A stretch of 64,000 nt of DNA from Methanobacteriota archaeon (GTDB lineage Archaea; Thermoplasmatota; Thermoplasmata; SG8-5; DAIRED01), in assembly GCA_043799545.1 (NCBI GenBank), contig JAZDNO010000005.1, forward strand, positions 64,001 to 128,000, read 5' to 3'. The notes below the pieces were generated by a model. That model saw only the letters and a program-made list of their open reading frames with translations, was not told the origin of the DNA and made no database searches. The position numbers were made by a program, and so were the translations under genes. Shown one piece after another: positions 37,325-47,064 of the stretch (position 1 is the first letter of the stretch; every line of letters begins with the position of its first letter).

Positions 37325-38284
37325 ATGGCGGCTTCTGGCGCGATGCTTCCCCGGAAGGAAAATTTCCTCGGCGTGTTCGGCCACACGACCATCGACCATA
37401 TCATCGAAGTCCCGAAATTCCCCGAGCCGAACACGTCCATCGAGGTCGCGAGCCACACGACGTACAGGGGGGGAACGGGAGCGAACATAGCCTTCATCGC
37501 GGGGGGGCTAGGTGTCCCTGTCGCGCTCGCCTCGTTCGTGGGCGATGATTTTCCTTCGGATTTCAGGGAGGCGCTGGGCAAGGCGGGTGTGGACTCGACG
37601 GACCTCAAGGTGGTGAAAGGTTACACGACTCCGACGTGCTGGATAATGACCGAACCAGGCCAGGACCAGGTGGCGGTCATCAACCAGGGGCCCATGAGAG
37701 ACGCCGCGAAGTTTCCCGTGGCGAGGCATTCGGTCGATTCTTCCCGGTACGTGCACATCTGCACCGGCAGGCCGGAATACTATGCCAAGGTCGTCGCCTA
37801 CGCAAAGCGGAAGGGCAAGATGGTCTCCTTCGACCCGGGCCAGGAACTACATTATGTTTACACGCCGGAATCTTTCAGGGCAATTCTGAGGCAATCGGAC
37901 ATCTTCTTCGCCAACGAAAGCGAAGCCAGGCGGGCGCTCAAATACCTCAAGCTCAAACAAACCGGGGAGCTGCTGGAACACGTCGATACGCTTGTTCTCA
38001 CCAGGGGCAAAAAGGGGAGCGAGGTTCTTACCTGCGATGAAAAGTTCAGCATCCCCATAGTCGAGGCGGACCGTTTCGAGGACCCAACGGGAGCCGGGGA
38101 CGGTTACCGCGCTGGCTTCTACGCGGGCTTGCACAGGGGGTTTGGGCTCCGCGACGCGGCCATGGCGGGCGCGGCTGCGGCGAGTTTCATCATCGAGGCG
38201 AAGGGTTGCCAGACCAATCCTCCGACATGGGCTAAGCTTGAATCGAGGCTTCGGAAAAGAGGCATGAAGCTCGAAGGATGCTAG
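37325..38284 (+). CDS. PfkB-family sugar/nucleoside kinase
   Basis: GGTGANIA, FDPGQ, FANESE, DPTGAGDGYRAG. Confidence 0.92.
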   Translation: MAASGAMLPRKENFLGVFGHTTIDHIIEVPKFPEPNTSIEVASHTTYRGGTGANIAFIAGGLGVPVALASFVGDDFPSDFREALGKAGVDSTDLKVVKGYTTPTCWIMTEPGQDQVAVINQGPMRDAAKFPVARHSVDSSRYVHICTGRPEYYAKVVAYAKRKGKMVSFDPGQELHYVYTPESFRAILRQSDIFFANESEARRALKYLKLKQTGELLEHVDTLVLTRGKKGSEVLTCDEKFSIPIVEADRFEDPTGAGDGYRAGFYAGLHRGFGLRDAAMAGAAAASFIIEAKGCQTNPPTWAKLESRLRKRGMKLEGC

Positions 38285-38285
38285 T

Positions 38286-39104
38286 TCACGGGCACTTGTC
38301 GATTAGCGCCTTGCGCCGCACGAGGTTACGCGATATCTCCTCTGGAGACTTGAAATTCTGCTCCGCCTCGGCCAGCAGGCGCACAGCTTCGTGGAGCCCC
38401 GCCTTCGTGGGGTTCGAGATGTCGAGCCCTGCCTTGGAGAACTGAGTCCTCACCATCGCCATCGCGAGCTCCGGGTCGCCGAACGATTCCGTGAAGTCGA
38501 TTATCATCATGTCGGCCACGTCCGTCAGGTTGTGCGCTTCCTTCTTCGCGACGGCTTCCGAGCCCTTTGGCATGGCGTCCAAGGATGCAGCCATCTCCGC
38601 GATGTTGGAGAAAAGCCCCTCAACGTTCTCGCCGGTCTTCGCGCTTGAAAGGTAGTGCTGCGCGTGCATGGTGCCAGCAAGGCGGTTTATCTCCTCGTCT
38701 GAAACCTGGCGCTCGCCGAGAAGGTCCACCTTGTTCCCGACGAGGACCGAGGGCACGTTCCCCGCGACCTTCGCAAGTTCGGGGCGCCAGTATTTCTCGA
38801 TGCTGGCGAGCGTTTCCTTCCTTGTCAGGTCGAAGACGAAAATCGCTCCCTGGGTTCCGAGATAGCTCTTCGACTGGGTTCCGGTGTACCCCTGCTGGCC
38901 AAGGATGTCCCATATCATCATCGACATCGAGATTTGGCCTTTTGACCCCTTGACCACGGTCTCCTTCTTCGTTATTTTCGTCCCTATGGTCGTGATGTAG
39001 CTGTCGTCGAACGAGTCCAGCACGAAACGCCTTATGAGGCTTGTCTTGCCTACTGCGCTGTCGCCGAGCAGCACGATCTTCCTCTTCAGGTCAGGTTGTC
39101 CCAT
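38286..39104 (-). CDS. Rab/Ras-like small GTPase with C-terminal helical domain
   Basis: G1 GDSAVGKT, G2 YITTIG, G3 WDILGQ, G4 NKVD, G5 SAKTG, plus a tail of about 85 aa shared with 50632..51453. Confidence 0.9.
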   Translation of the reverse strand: MGQPDLKRKIVLLGDSAVGKTSLIRRFVLDSFDDSYITTIGTKITKKETVVKGSKGQISMSMMIWDILGQQGYTGTQSKSYLGTQGAIFVFDLTRKETLASIEKYWRPELAKVAGNVPSVLVGNKVDLLGERQVSDEEINRLAGTMHAQHYLSSAKTGENVEGLFSNIAEMAASLDAMPKGSEAVAKKEAHNLTDVADMMIIDFTESFGDPELAMAMVRTQFSKAGLDISNPTKAGLHEAVRLLAEAEQNFKSPEEISRNLVRRKALIDKCP

Positions 39105-39291
39105 TCTTCACATGCTCCGGGGACAATATCGCCGTCAGGATACAAATAGGTATTGCGGGAAATGCACAGATTCCATGTTCATCGGCAAACCGTACCGGCG
39201 AAGCGGGGCACCCCAAAATATAATGACGAGCATGCCCATTCCCCCTTGGGCGGGTTAATTCCCCGGGGAGGCTCCCGTCCGAGGTGAGTCC

Positions 39292-40560
39292 ATGGCAGAC
39301 GGTTTCGAGCATCTGTTTTCGGAGAGGGCCAGGGGGATGAAGGCATCGATGATAAGGGAGCTTCTCAAACTCACTCATCAGAGAGATATTGTCCTGTTTG
39401 CAGGAGGGCTTCCTAATCCGGCCGCGTTCCCCGTGGAGGACGTCAAGGGCATATGCAAGGACCTTCTAGCCAAAAGCAGCGAGAAAACGCTCCAGTACGG
39501 CACGACCGAGGGGGTCACCGAGCTGAGGGAGCAGCTGGTCGAGAGGATGAAGCGCAAGTCCATTGACTGCGACATCAAGAACACGATAATCACCAGCGGT
39601 TCCCAGCAGGGGCTGGACCTCGTGAGCAAGGTCTTCATCGACCCGAAGGACATGGTCGTGGTTGGCGCCCCGACGTTTTTGGGAGGGGCGGGGGTCTTCA
39701 CGTCGTACCAGGCGCAGATGGAGGCTATACCAATAGACGAAGAGGGCATGCCCCCGGATGTTCTTGAGGACAGGCTCTGGAAGCTCCACAGGCACGGGCG
39801 CAACTTCAAGATGCTCTACATGCTGCCGACGTTCCAGAATCCGTCTGGGGTCACGTCCCCGGAGAGCCGCAGGAAGAAAATCATAGACATCTGCGCGGAG
39901 CTGGACATGATAATAATCGAGGACGACCCGTACAGCGACATCAGATACTCGGGCGATGACCTGAGGCCAGTGAAGTCCTTCGACAAAGAGGGCCGCGTGA
40001 TTTACATGAGCACCTTCTCCAAGATACTCGCCCCCGGACTGAGGGTCGCATGGCTCACGGCCAGCGAGGACATAGTGTCCAAATTGGTCATTGCGAAGCA
40101 ATCCACGGACCTGTGCACGAACACCTTCGGCCAGTACATCGCCCACGAGTACATGGCGCGTGGACTAGTCGATAAACACATCGAGGTCATAAAGAAATTA
40201 TACAAGGCGAAGCGCGACATCATGCTGAAGTCCATGAAGGACCATTTCCCCGAAGGCGTCAAGTGGACCCGGCCAGACGGCGGGATGTTCTGCTGGGTCA
40301 CCGTTCCGGATTACATAGACACGCCGGGAATGTTCGACAAGGCGATAGAGAACAACGTCGCCTACGTTCCCGGGAACGCCTTTTACACCAACGACGGGGG
40401 GCGCGACTCGATGCGCCTGAACTTCACACACCCAACGGATGAGATGATTGGCGTCGGAATCGAGCGCCTCGCCAAGGTAATCAAGGACGAGATGCGCCAC
40501 CACGCGAAGCACGAAATTGCCGCGCCCAGGGACAAGGACGGCATGATAGAGGGCGTGTAA
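39292..40560 (+). CDS. PLP-dependent class I/II aminotransferase (LysN-like)
   Basis: FAGGLPNP, LQYGTTEG, ITSGSQQGLDL, FQNPSG, IEDDPY, TFSKILAPGLR. Confidence 0.92.
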   Translation: MADGFEHLFSERARGMKASMIRELLKLTHQRDIVLFAGGLPNPAAFPVEDVKGICKDLLAKSSEKTLQYGTTEGVTELREQLVERMKRKSIDCDIKNTIITSGSQQGLDLVSKVFIDPKDMVVVGAPTFLGGAGVFTSYQAQMEAIPIDEEGMPPDVLEDRLWKLHRHGRNFKMLYMLPTFQNPSGVTSPESRRKKIIDICAELDMIIIEDDPYSDIRYSGDDLRPVKSFDKEGRVIYMSTFSKILAPGLRVAWLTASEDIVSKLVIAKQSTDLCTNTFGQYIAHEYMARGLVDKHIEVIKKLYKAKRDIMLKSMKDHFPEGVKWTRPDGGMFCWVTVPDYIDTPGMFDKAIENNVAYVPGNAFYTNDGGRDSMRLNFTHPTDEMIGVGIERLAKVIKDEMRHHAKHEIAAPRDKDGMIEGV

Positions 40561-40621
40561 TACCATCGTGAAGGGCGAACCGTTTAAATCTCCGAAGGCG
40601 ATGTCGCTTCAGGGTGAGCGC

Positions 40622-41566
40622 ATGAGGATACTCGTTTCCGACTCGATAGCGAAGGAAGGCGTGGAACTGTTGAAGACCGCGGGCGAAGTCAACGCGACCG
40701 AGCTGACGCCGGAGGAACTGCTCGCGCAGATTGGCGAATACGACGCGCTGGTTGTTCGGTCACGCACGAAGGTGACTAAGGAGGTCATAGAGAAGGCGGC
40801 CAACCTGAAGGTCATCGGGCGCGCTGGCATAGGCGTCGACAACATCGACGTAAAGACCGCGACGGCAAAGGGAATCGTTGTGGTGAACGCACCGAGATCG
40901 AGCACGACCTCAGTCGCCGAGCTGGCCATCGGCCACATGCTTTCCATCGCCAGGTCCCTGCCCAGAGCCGACCGCGGGATACGCGAGGGCAAGTGGGAGA
41001 AGAAGCAGCTCAAGGGAGCAGAGCTATTCGGCAAGACCCTGGGCTTCATCGGCTCAGGCCGCATAGGCGCCGAGGTGGCCGTCAGGGCGCGCGCCTTCGG
41101 CATGAAGACGCTAGCATACGATCCGTACCTCTCGCCCGACGCTGCGAAGAACGCAGGGGTCGAACTGTGCAACCTTGACCGGATTCTCAAAGAATCGGAC
41201 TTCGTCACCATCCATGCCATGCTGACTGACGAGACGCGCGGGATGGTCGGCGTCGCCGAGTTTGCGAAGATGAAGCCGACGGCTTACATCGTGAACTGCG
41301 CCCGCGGCGGGATTATCGACGAGACCGCGCTCTACAACGCGCTTAAGGACAAAAAAATCGCCGGAGCAGCGCTCGACGTCTTCGCCAAGGAGCCGCTCGT
41401 CGACAGCCCCCTGGTGAAGCTGGACAACATCGTCTTCACGCCCCACATAGGCGCATCCACGAAGGAGGGGCAGGAGCGGGCGGGAATGCAGGTGGCGGAG
41501 CAGGTAATCAAGGCGATAACGAAGACGAAGCCGGACTCGATGGTCAACCCAGAGGCGTGGAAGTGA
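40622..41566 (+). CDS. serA: D-3-phosphoglycerate dehydrogenase (short form, no ACT domain)
   Basis: VRSRTKVT, GRAGIGVDNID, GSGRIG, NCARGGIIDE, TPHIGAST. Confidence 0.8.
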   Translation: MRILVSDSIAKEGVELLKTAGEVNATELTPEELLAQIGEYDALVVRSRTKVTKEVIEKAANLKVIGRAGIGVDNIDVKTATAKGIVVVNAPRSSTTSVAELAIGHMLSIARSLPRADRGIREGKWEKKQLKGAELFGKTLGFIGSGRIGAEVAVRARAFGMKTLAYDPYLSPDAAKNAGVELCNLDRILKESDFVTIHAMLTDETRGMVGVAEFAKMKPTAYIVNCARGGIIDETALYNALKDKKIAGAALDVFAKEPLVDSPLVKLDNIVFTPHIGASTKEGQERAGMQVAEQVIKAITKTKPDSMVNPEAWK

Positions 41567-41907
41567 AGCACCGGCACTACACGGACATAGAGGCGGAGGA
41601 CCCCGGTCAGGGCTCCAAGGACATCACGATACGCTGGCTGATAACCAAGAAAGACGGCGCGCAGCATTTCGCCATGCGCCTATTCGAGATGCAGCCCGGA
41701 GGATACACGCCGTATCACAGCCACGACTGGGAGCACGAAGTTTTCATAGTCGAGGGGGACGGTGTGCTCAAAACCGCCAAGGGCGACGAGCCGTTCAAGC
41801 AGGGCGACTTCATCTTCGTGCCCGCAAACGACATGCACCAGTTCAGGCAGGCAGGGAATGGAGCGACGAAGTTCCTGTGCCTGATACCGAACAAGGACAA
41901 TTACTGA
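41557..41907 (+). CDS. cupin domain protein
   Basis: PGGYTPYHSHDWEHEVFIVEG and VPANDMHQF. Confidence 0.9.
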   Translation: MEVKHRHYTDIEAEDPGQGSKDITIRWLITKKDGAQHFAMRLFEMQPGGYTPYHSHDWEHEVFIVEGDGVLKTAKGDEPFKQGDFIFVPANDMHQFRQAGNGATKFLCLIPNKDNY

Positions 41908-41944
41908 GGTGTCGGCGCTACAACTGGAAAAAACAATCTTCGCA

Positions 41945-42496
41945 TCACGCTGCTGGCGGAGGCGGGACCATGTCGTAGCGGTCTGCCAATGTGAGCAGCT
42001 TGCCAGCGTATCTCTCGGGGTCCGCATATGCTCTTTCCAGGAAGCGCAGGATTCCGCGGGCTTTCTCCATCCCATCCTTCTCGATGACGCGCGCCAGGAG
42101 CCCCATGATGGCCGTCGGGCATGCCAATCGTTTCAGGCTCGCCGCCACGACGGCGTCACATTGCGGGGCTCCGGTAATCGAGCCTCGCACTGGCTCCCCG
42201 CAGTATGCCCGAAGCTTCTTTGACATCGCAAATAAGTAATATTTTGACTGTATTAAATGGTAAATTTCAGCCTTGCTGGTTTCGGCCTTTTTCGCTGCTG
42301 ATTTGTAAGTGAACTTATTCCGCACCAAGTGCCATCGGTTCTCGTCGACGAACGACAACAGGCTCCTGCGCCTGGGAATCTCCCACAGCTCATGTGTCCT
42401 TCCGGTCTTGATTGCGCGCCTGGCTCGGTCGCGGCCTGGACGAGCATCTCTGTGCTCCGTCGACGGTTTGCTTTTCAGGAAATCGAACAGTCCCAT
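41945..42496 (-). CDS. hypothetical protein
   Basis: Long ORF fills the intergenic space; MGLFDFLK start after a GGTGGA RBS. Confidence 0.55.
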   Translation of the reverse strand: MGLFDFLKSKPSTEHRDARPGRDRARRAIKTGRTHELWEIPRRRSLLSFVDENRWHLVRNKFTYKSAAKKAETSKAEIYHLIQSKYYLFAMSKKLRAYCGEPVRGSITGAPQCDAVVAASLKRLACPTAIMGLLARVIEKDGMEKARGILRFLERAYADPERYAGKLLTLADRYDMVPPPPAA

Positions 42497-42514
42497 GTCA
42501 TCCACCGCTTAGGG

Positions 42515-42611
42515 ACCTGGGCGCCCGTGAAGGCGCCCAGGTGGGTTATTCAGGCCATCTGGGGGCGAAGCCCCTGGATGACCTGTGACTAACGTTGCTT
42601 GCCAACGTTAG
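42515..42611. other. three consecutive stem-loops
   Basis: ACCTGGGCGCC-CGTGAA-GGCGCCCAGGT (perfect 11 bp); a 16-bp imperfect stem closing a GAA loop (42551-42585); CTAACGTTG-CTTGC-CAACGTTAG (perfect 9 bp). Confidence 0.7.
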
Positions 42612-42669
42612 GCATGGTATCATGGTCATCGCGGTCTTCCGCTCACGAGCAGTGAATGCCCGTGGGAGT

Positions 42670-43728
42670 TTAAAAAGGATTTGATGTGAACGAGTCGGCA
42701 AGTGCGATTCTGGTCACGCCCTCAGCGATCAAGCACCCAGTCGCCGCATCGACCGTGCTAGGGACTTTGATAATCCTATGCATGTCCAGGCAGCGGGTGC
42801 CTATCCGCTCGAATGAGAAATCGTCGACGATAGCGCTGATTTCGTTCAGCGCTTCAGCGGTTGCCAGGTATTCAGCGGCGCTCACCTCTTTATCTAGGTG
42901 AAGGTGGAATCCCTTTGTACCGGAGAACAGAAGCCTCGCCACGGGGAATTCGCCGAGTGCCTTGTCTGCTTTAGAACGCGCGTTTTTGAAGCATTTCGAG
43001 CATACGCCATCCGCCCCGATTAGGTGCTCAGAATGGTCCTTGTCCGCATCGATGTCGAAGATTGCCAGCATTCGGTCCAATGGCCTGCCGCGCCCTCGCG
43101 CCTCCATCCTCGGGTCGAGCATCCTCGCCAGGCTGACGTAGCACTTGGCCACGTTCCCGGGCCGCCCCAGATCGAAGACCAGCTTGCTCGATGGGCTGTG
43201 CTTGGAATCCGAATACCTTCTGGACTGGAAGCGGAAAGTGCCGTCGAGCGCCTGGAACCTGAAGTGGCGCATCTTGACGAAAGGCGCGAAAAAAGGAGGG
43301 AACCTGTAATTTTTATAGAACTCGTCCAGCGCCTTCATGTCCAGCCTGAAGGACGGCGCGAGAGGCGTCCTCGCGAGCGCAATGACCTGCGCGCCATGGG
43401 TCCCCTCGTAGTACTCCAGCTCACCTTCATCGGCTAACGACGGGACGAAGCGGAACCTATGGCCTCCAGCGGCGACGTCCATCCCCCGCATCTTAGCATC
43501 ATTTCCAGAGATGGAGGCGAGAAGTGTGGCGGCGCGCCTCACGAGCAATTCTCTGGAAAATCGCGTCCGCCGGTTGTCCTGGTACACGACAAAATCATCG
43601 CCGCGCAGGAGTTCGTAGGGCCCCTTCAGGGGGCGCTTGGCATCAGCCCGGAGCTCTCCATTCATGCGGGCGAGGTCGTACTCGCCTATCGAATAAGTCC
43701 TTCTCTCCCTGAAATGAACGAGCTTCAA
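42670..43728 (-). CDS. archaeo-eukaryotic primase (PriS-like) with N-terminal extension
   Basis: Motif I FDID, Zn-like H..H...VC..C, motif II FSGTKGFH, motif III DMHRIIKVPST. Confidence 0.75.
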   Translation of the reverse strand: MKLVHFRERRTYSIGEYDLARMNGELRADAKRPLKGPYELLRGDDFVVYQDNRRTRFSRELLVRRAATLLASISGNDAKMRGMDVAAGGHRFRFVPSLADEGELEYYEGTHGAQVIALARTPLAPSFRLDMKALDEFYKNYRFPPFFAPFVKMRHFRFQALDGTFRFQSRRYSDSKHSPSSKLVFDLGRPGNVAKCYVSLARMLDPRMEARGRGRPLDRMLAIFDIDADKDHSEHLIGADGVCSKCFKNARSKADKALGEFPVARLLFSGTKGFHLHLDKEVSAAEYLATAEALNEISAIVDDFSFERIGTRCLDMHRIIKVPSTVDAATGCLIAEGVTRIALADSFTSNPF

Positions 43729-43766
43729 CGCACCCCGAGTCTCATGCGTGGATTTCTCTCTTTCGC

Positions 43767-44705
43767 TCAGGCGATAATCCTCGTCCCCGCCTTCCCCCGC
43801 ACAGCCTCCACAAGGTTGTCGTGGCTGGCGATTATCGCTCGCCTCCCGCCGTTCTCTATGAATTCTATCGCCGCTTCTATTTTCGGACCCATCGAACCGG
43901 GCGGGAAATGGCCATCGGCGAGATGCCGCTTCGCATCAAGGACTGACAGCACATCGAGGTCGACCTGGTCCGGTTTGCCAAAGTTGACGGAGACCTTGTC
44001 CACCCCCGTCAGGATTATAAGCTCGTCGATGTCCAGCTGCTGCGCCAGCTTGGAAGATGCGTAGTCCTTGTCCACGACAGCCTCGACGCCGTCTAGCAGT
44101 CCGTTCTCGAGCTGTACTACCGGCAGTCCTCCTCCGCCGCAGGCAATGACAATCTTGCCCTTCTCCAGCAAATCCCTGATGGTGTCCCTCTCAACTATCC
44201 TGGTAGGCTTGGGCGAGGGGACCACGCGTCGCCATCCGCGGCCGCTGTCCTCCACAACCGTCCACTTCTCGGTCTTGGCGATATCCTCAATGTCCTGCTT
44301 CGAGAAGAACTGGCCGATGGGCTTTGTCGGATTGTCGAAAGACGGGTCGCTGCTGTCGACCACGACCTGGGTGATGATGGTCACCACGTCCTTGCGGATA
44401 TTTGACTTCTTCAAGGCGTTCTGCATCGTCTGCTGGAGCATGTACCCCATGCTTCCGACGGTCTCGGCGACGCACACGCCCAGCGGGTACGGTGGAATTG
44501 TCTTCCTCGAATTCTCGTGCCGCCTGATGGAATCGCCGACCTGCGGACCGTTGCCGTGCGTCAGAATGATGTCGTAGCCCATCTCCACGACCTTGATGAG
44601 CTTGGCACAGGTCTCGCGGGCGTTCGCGAACTGCTGGTAGATGTTACCTTCCTCGCCCTTTTTTATAAGCGCGTTCCCGCCTATTGCCACGACTGCCGTT
44701 TTCAT
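43767..44705 (-). CDS. arcC: carbamate kinase
   Basis: VAIGGNAL, THGNGPQVG, NPTKPIG, GWRRVVPSP, VVDKD, GSMGPK. Confidence 0.96.
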   Translation of the reverse strand: MKTAVVAIGGNALIKKGEEGNIYQQFANARETCAKLIKVVEMGYDIILTHGNGPQVGDSIRRHENSRKTIPPYPLGVCVAETVGSMGYMLQQTMQNALKKSNIRKDVVTIITQVVVDSSDPSFDNPTKPIGQFFSKQDIEDIAKTEKWTVVEDSGRGWRRVVPSPKPTRIVERDTIRDLLEKGKIVIACGGGGLPVVQLENGLLDGVEAVVDKDYASSKLAQQLDIDELIILTGVDKVSVNFGKPDQVDLDVLSVLDAKRHLADGHFPPGSMGPKIEAAIEFIENGGRRAIIASHDNLVEAVRGKAGTRIIA

Positions 44706-44821
44706 GCGACGCTCCGAAGGGAATGAGTGAACGGGTACTGATATATAATTGTTGCCAGAAACCGGATAGTTTATTATGGCAAAATCCGATGTGGATGCGC
44801 GCCAGGAAAGAGAGGGATAGG

Positions 44822-45454
44822 ATGCCGACAACGACGATAGACGACCTCACGAGCGACCACAGGCTGCAGGGCCATTGGTTGTCCCGATTCATAGCCGGGA
44901 TAATCGACGGTTTGTTAACCGGGATGGTGGCTCTCGTCGGCTGCATCCCGCTCTTCATCATCGCCAACCTTGCTCTGGTGGGGTGGTTATCCGGCACGAT
45001 TTTTCCCCTGGCATGGGGTCTTGTGTACGTAGCCTACTCCTCTGTTATGGAGTCGTCGCGAGGCTCCACCCTAGGCAAGCGCATGATGAACCTTCGGGTG
45101 ATGGCCATCGACGGCGTCATGACCTTCGACAAGGCGCTCAAGCGCAACATCTCCAAGATATACTGGGTCGCGCTCCTCCTGGACCTGATAATCGGCTTCT
45201 TCACAGAGGGAGACCCGAGGCAGAGGTATCTTGACCGCGTGGCAGGAACGACGGTTGTGTTCACGGAGCCTGCCCCAACTGTTCCGTACACCCCCCAGCC
45301 TCCGGCGCCACCGCAATACACACCCTCTCGGGAGGAGGCGCCTCCTGTGCCGCCGCCCGCCCCGGCGCCGTCCGAATGCGCAGCCTGCGGGGGAAGGTTG
45401 ATTAATACGGGCGACAGCAGGCGCCAGTGCATCAGGTGCGGAAAAGTGTTATGA
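44822..45454 (+). CDS. RDD-family membrane protein with C-terminal Zn ribbon
   Basis: RFIAGIID, TLGKRMMNLRV, QRYLDRVAGT, Pro-rich linker, CAAC/CIRC. Confidence 0.85.
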   Translation: MPTTTIDDLTSDHRLQGHWLSRFIAGIIDGLLTGMVALVGCIPLFIIANLALVGWLSGTIFPLAWGLVYVAYSSVMESSRGSTLGKRMMNLRVMAIDGVMTFDKALKRNISKIYWVALLLDLIIGFFTEGDPRQRYLDRVAGTTVVFTEPAPTVPYTPQPPAPPQYTPSREEAPPVPPPAPAPSECAACGGRLINTGDSRRQCIRCGKVL

Positions 45455-45486
45455 CTATCATTGACATGAGGGGCAAGGTGGAATAA

Positions 45487-46269
45487 ATGACAGGCATCGA
45501 CGACATCGAGGTGACGAGGGCGATTGTGGAGCGGTTCAACCAGGAGTTCACAGACAGGCTCCATTCGGACGTGGTTGTAGCCGGGGCGGGGCCGTCGGGA
45601 TTAGTAGCCGCCATGAGGCTCGCCCAGGATGGGCACAAGGTCACGGTTTTCGAGCGCAAGCTCTCGCCTGGCGGTGGCATGTGGGGCGGAGGCATGACCT
45701 TTCCGGTCATAGTAGTCCAGAAAGAATCGAAGCGAATCCTGGATGAGGTGGGGGCCAAAAGCCAGAAGACTCCCCAAGGCTACTACACCGTTGATTCGAT
45801 AGAGTCGGTTTGCAAGCTCTGCTCGTCGGCGATAGACGCCGGAGCGCGTATCTTCAACACCATCTCCATAGAGGACGTGATGATGAAAGGTGGCAAGCGG
45901 ATAAACGGGGCCGTGATAAACTGGTCGGCCGTGGAAATTGCAGGCCTGCATGTAGACCCGTTGACCGTTGGAACCAAGGCAATAATAGACGCGACCGGCC
46001 ACGCTGCCGAGGTTTGCAAGATAGTCCAGCGCAAGGCTGGCGTGCTGAACACGCCGTCGGGAGGAATTGAGGGCGAGCGCTCGATGTGGGCCGAGGCGGG
46101 CGAGAGGACCGTTGTGGAGAACACCAAAGAAGTTTTTCCAGGCCTTTTCGTCGCTGGGATGGCCGCGAATGCGGTATACGGCGCGCCGAGGATGGGGCCG
46201 ATATTCGGAGGAATGCTCCTGTCCGGGGAAAAAGTAGCCAGAATGGTCTCAAAATCTATCCGGAAATAA
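45487..46269 (+). CDS. thi4: sulfide-dependent thiazole synthase (Thi4, His-type)
   Basis: [20 protein letters not shown] (His at the Cys position of suicidal Thi4), [15 protein letters not shown]. Confidence 0.93.
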   Translation: MTGIDDIEVTRAIVERFNQEFTDRLHSDVVVAGAGPSGLVAAMRLAQDGHKVTVFERKLSPGGGMWGGGMTFPVIVVQKESKRILDEVGAKSQKTPQGYYTVDSIESVCKLCSSAIDAGARIFNTISIEDVMMKGGKRINGAVINWSAVEIAGLHVDPLTVGTKAIIDATGHAAEVCKIVQRKAGVLNTPSGGIEGERSMWAEAGERTVVENTKEVFPGLFVAGMAANAVYGAPRMGPIFGGMLLSGEKVARMVSKSIRK

Positions 46270-46361
46270 ACATGGGGCAAATTGGGCAACCGAGTCAACC
46301 ACAAAGCCCGGCCGCAGCACCAACCTAAAGGTTTATGTGCCCCCAGTACTATCAATGGCCG

Positions 46362-46694
46362 ATGGTGGACCCGGAAAAACTGCTCAAGGAGTACGCCTCC
46401 AAGCACATGGACGAACCCTTCACGGCATCCCAGGTCAGGGGGGCGCTCAAGATTGGCGAGCCAGCCTTGCAGGCGCTACTTTGCGACATGGTGAAGAGCG
46501 GAGAGCTGGTGGGGCTTCAGTCCGGTAGGTTCCTTTACACGACCAACGCGGACGTCGCAGCCTTTCACATCATGCGCGAGATTGCGCCAAACATCACATT
46601 CCAGGAGTTCATGCTCCATAGGGACGAACCGCACCTTCTGGCGCGCGCCTCGAGGGACCGCGATATCGTAAAGGACCCCCGAGGTGGGATTTGA
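46362..46694 (+). CDS. hypothetical protein, N-terminal winged-helix-like
   Basis: FTASQVRGALKIGEPALQALLCDMVKSGEL pattern; stop overlaps the next start. Confidence 0.55.
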   Translation: MVDPEKLLKEYASKHMDEPFTASQVRGALKIGEPALQALLCDMVKSGELVGLQSGRFLYTTNADVAAFHIMREIAPNITFQEFMLHRDEPHLLARASRDRDIVKDPRGGI

Positions 46695-47029
46695 CAATCC
46701 GCAGGGGTCCCCGGAAGCCATTCAAGAGCGGCGGAAGGGGTGGCGCGAGACGGGGGGGATACCCTCAGAAGAAGGTCCAATCCGTCAGGAAGCGCAGGCT
46801 CAATCTCAAGCGCATGACCGAGTTCAAGTGGGAGATAAACCAGCTGATGATGGACCTCCCTGAGAACCAGCGCGGCACAGTCAAAGGTTCTTTGATTGCC
46901 AAGGCCGACAAGCTGGACATCAATGCGGCGCTCGATTTCGTCCAGACGAAAATCGACGAAGGCGTGCTGAACAAGGAGATGGCGGACCGCATCGCCGACC
47001 TGCTTCTGAAGTTCTCCACATACCGCTGA
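46691..47029 (+). CDS. hypothetical protein with RGG/basic N-terminus
   Basis: GGRGGARRGG arm followed by a compact helical domain; TTG start after GAGGTGG. Confidence 0.65.
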   Translation: MTIRRGPRKPFKSGGRGGARRGGYPQKKVQSVRKRRLNLKRMTEFKWEINQLMMDLPENQRGTVKGSLIAKADKLDINAALDFVQTKIDEGVLNKEMADRIADLLLKFSTYR

Positions 47030-47064
47030 GAGAATTTATTAACGCCCAAAGCATTGGACTTATC

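Noticed and set aside
39105-39291. Long intergenic region as a possible tRNA or sRNA
   Set aside because: No cloverleaf, box C/D or strong stems; consistent with divergent promoters.
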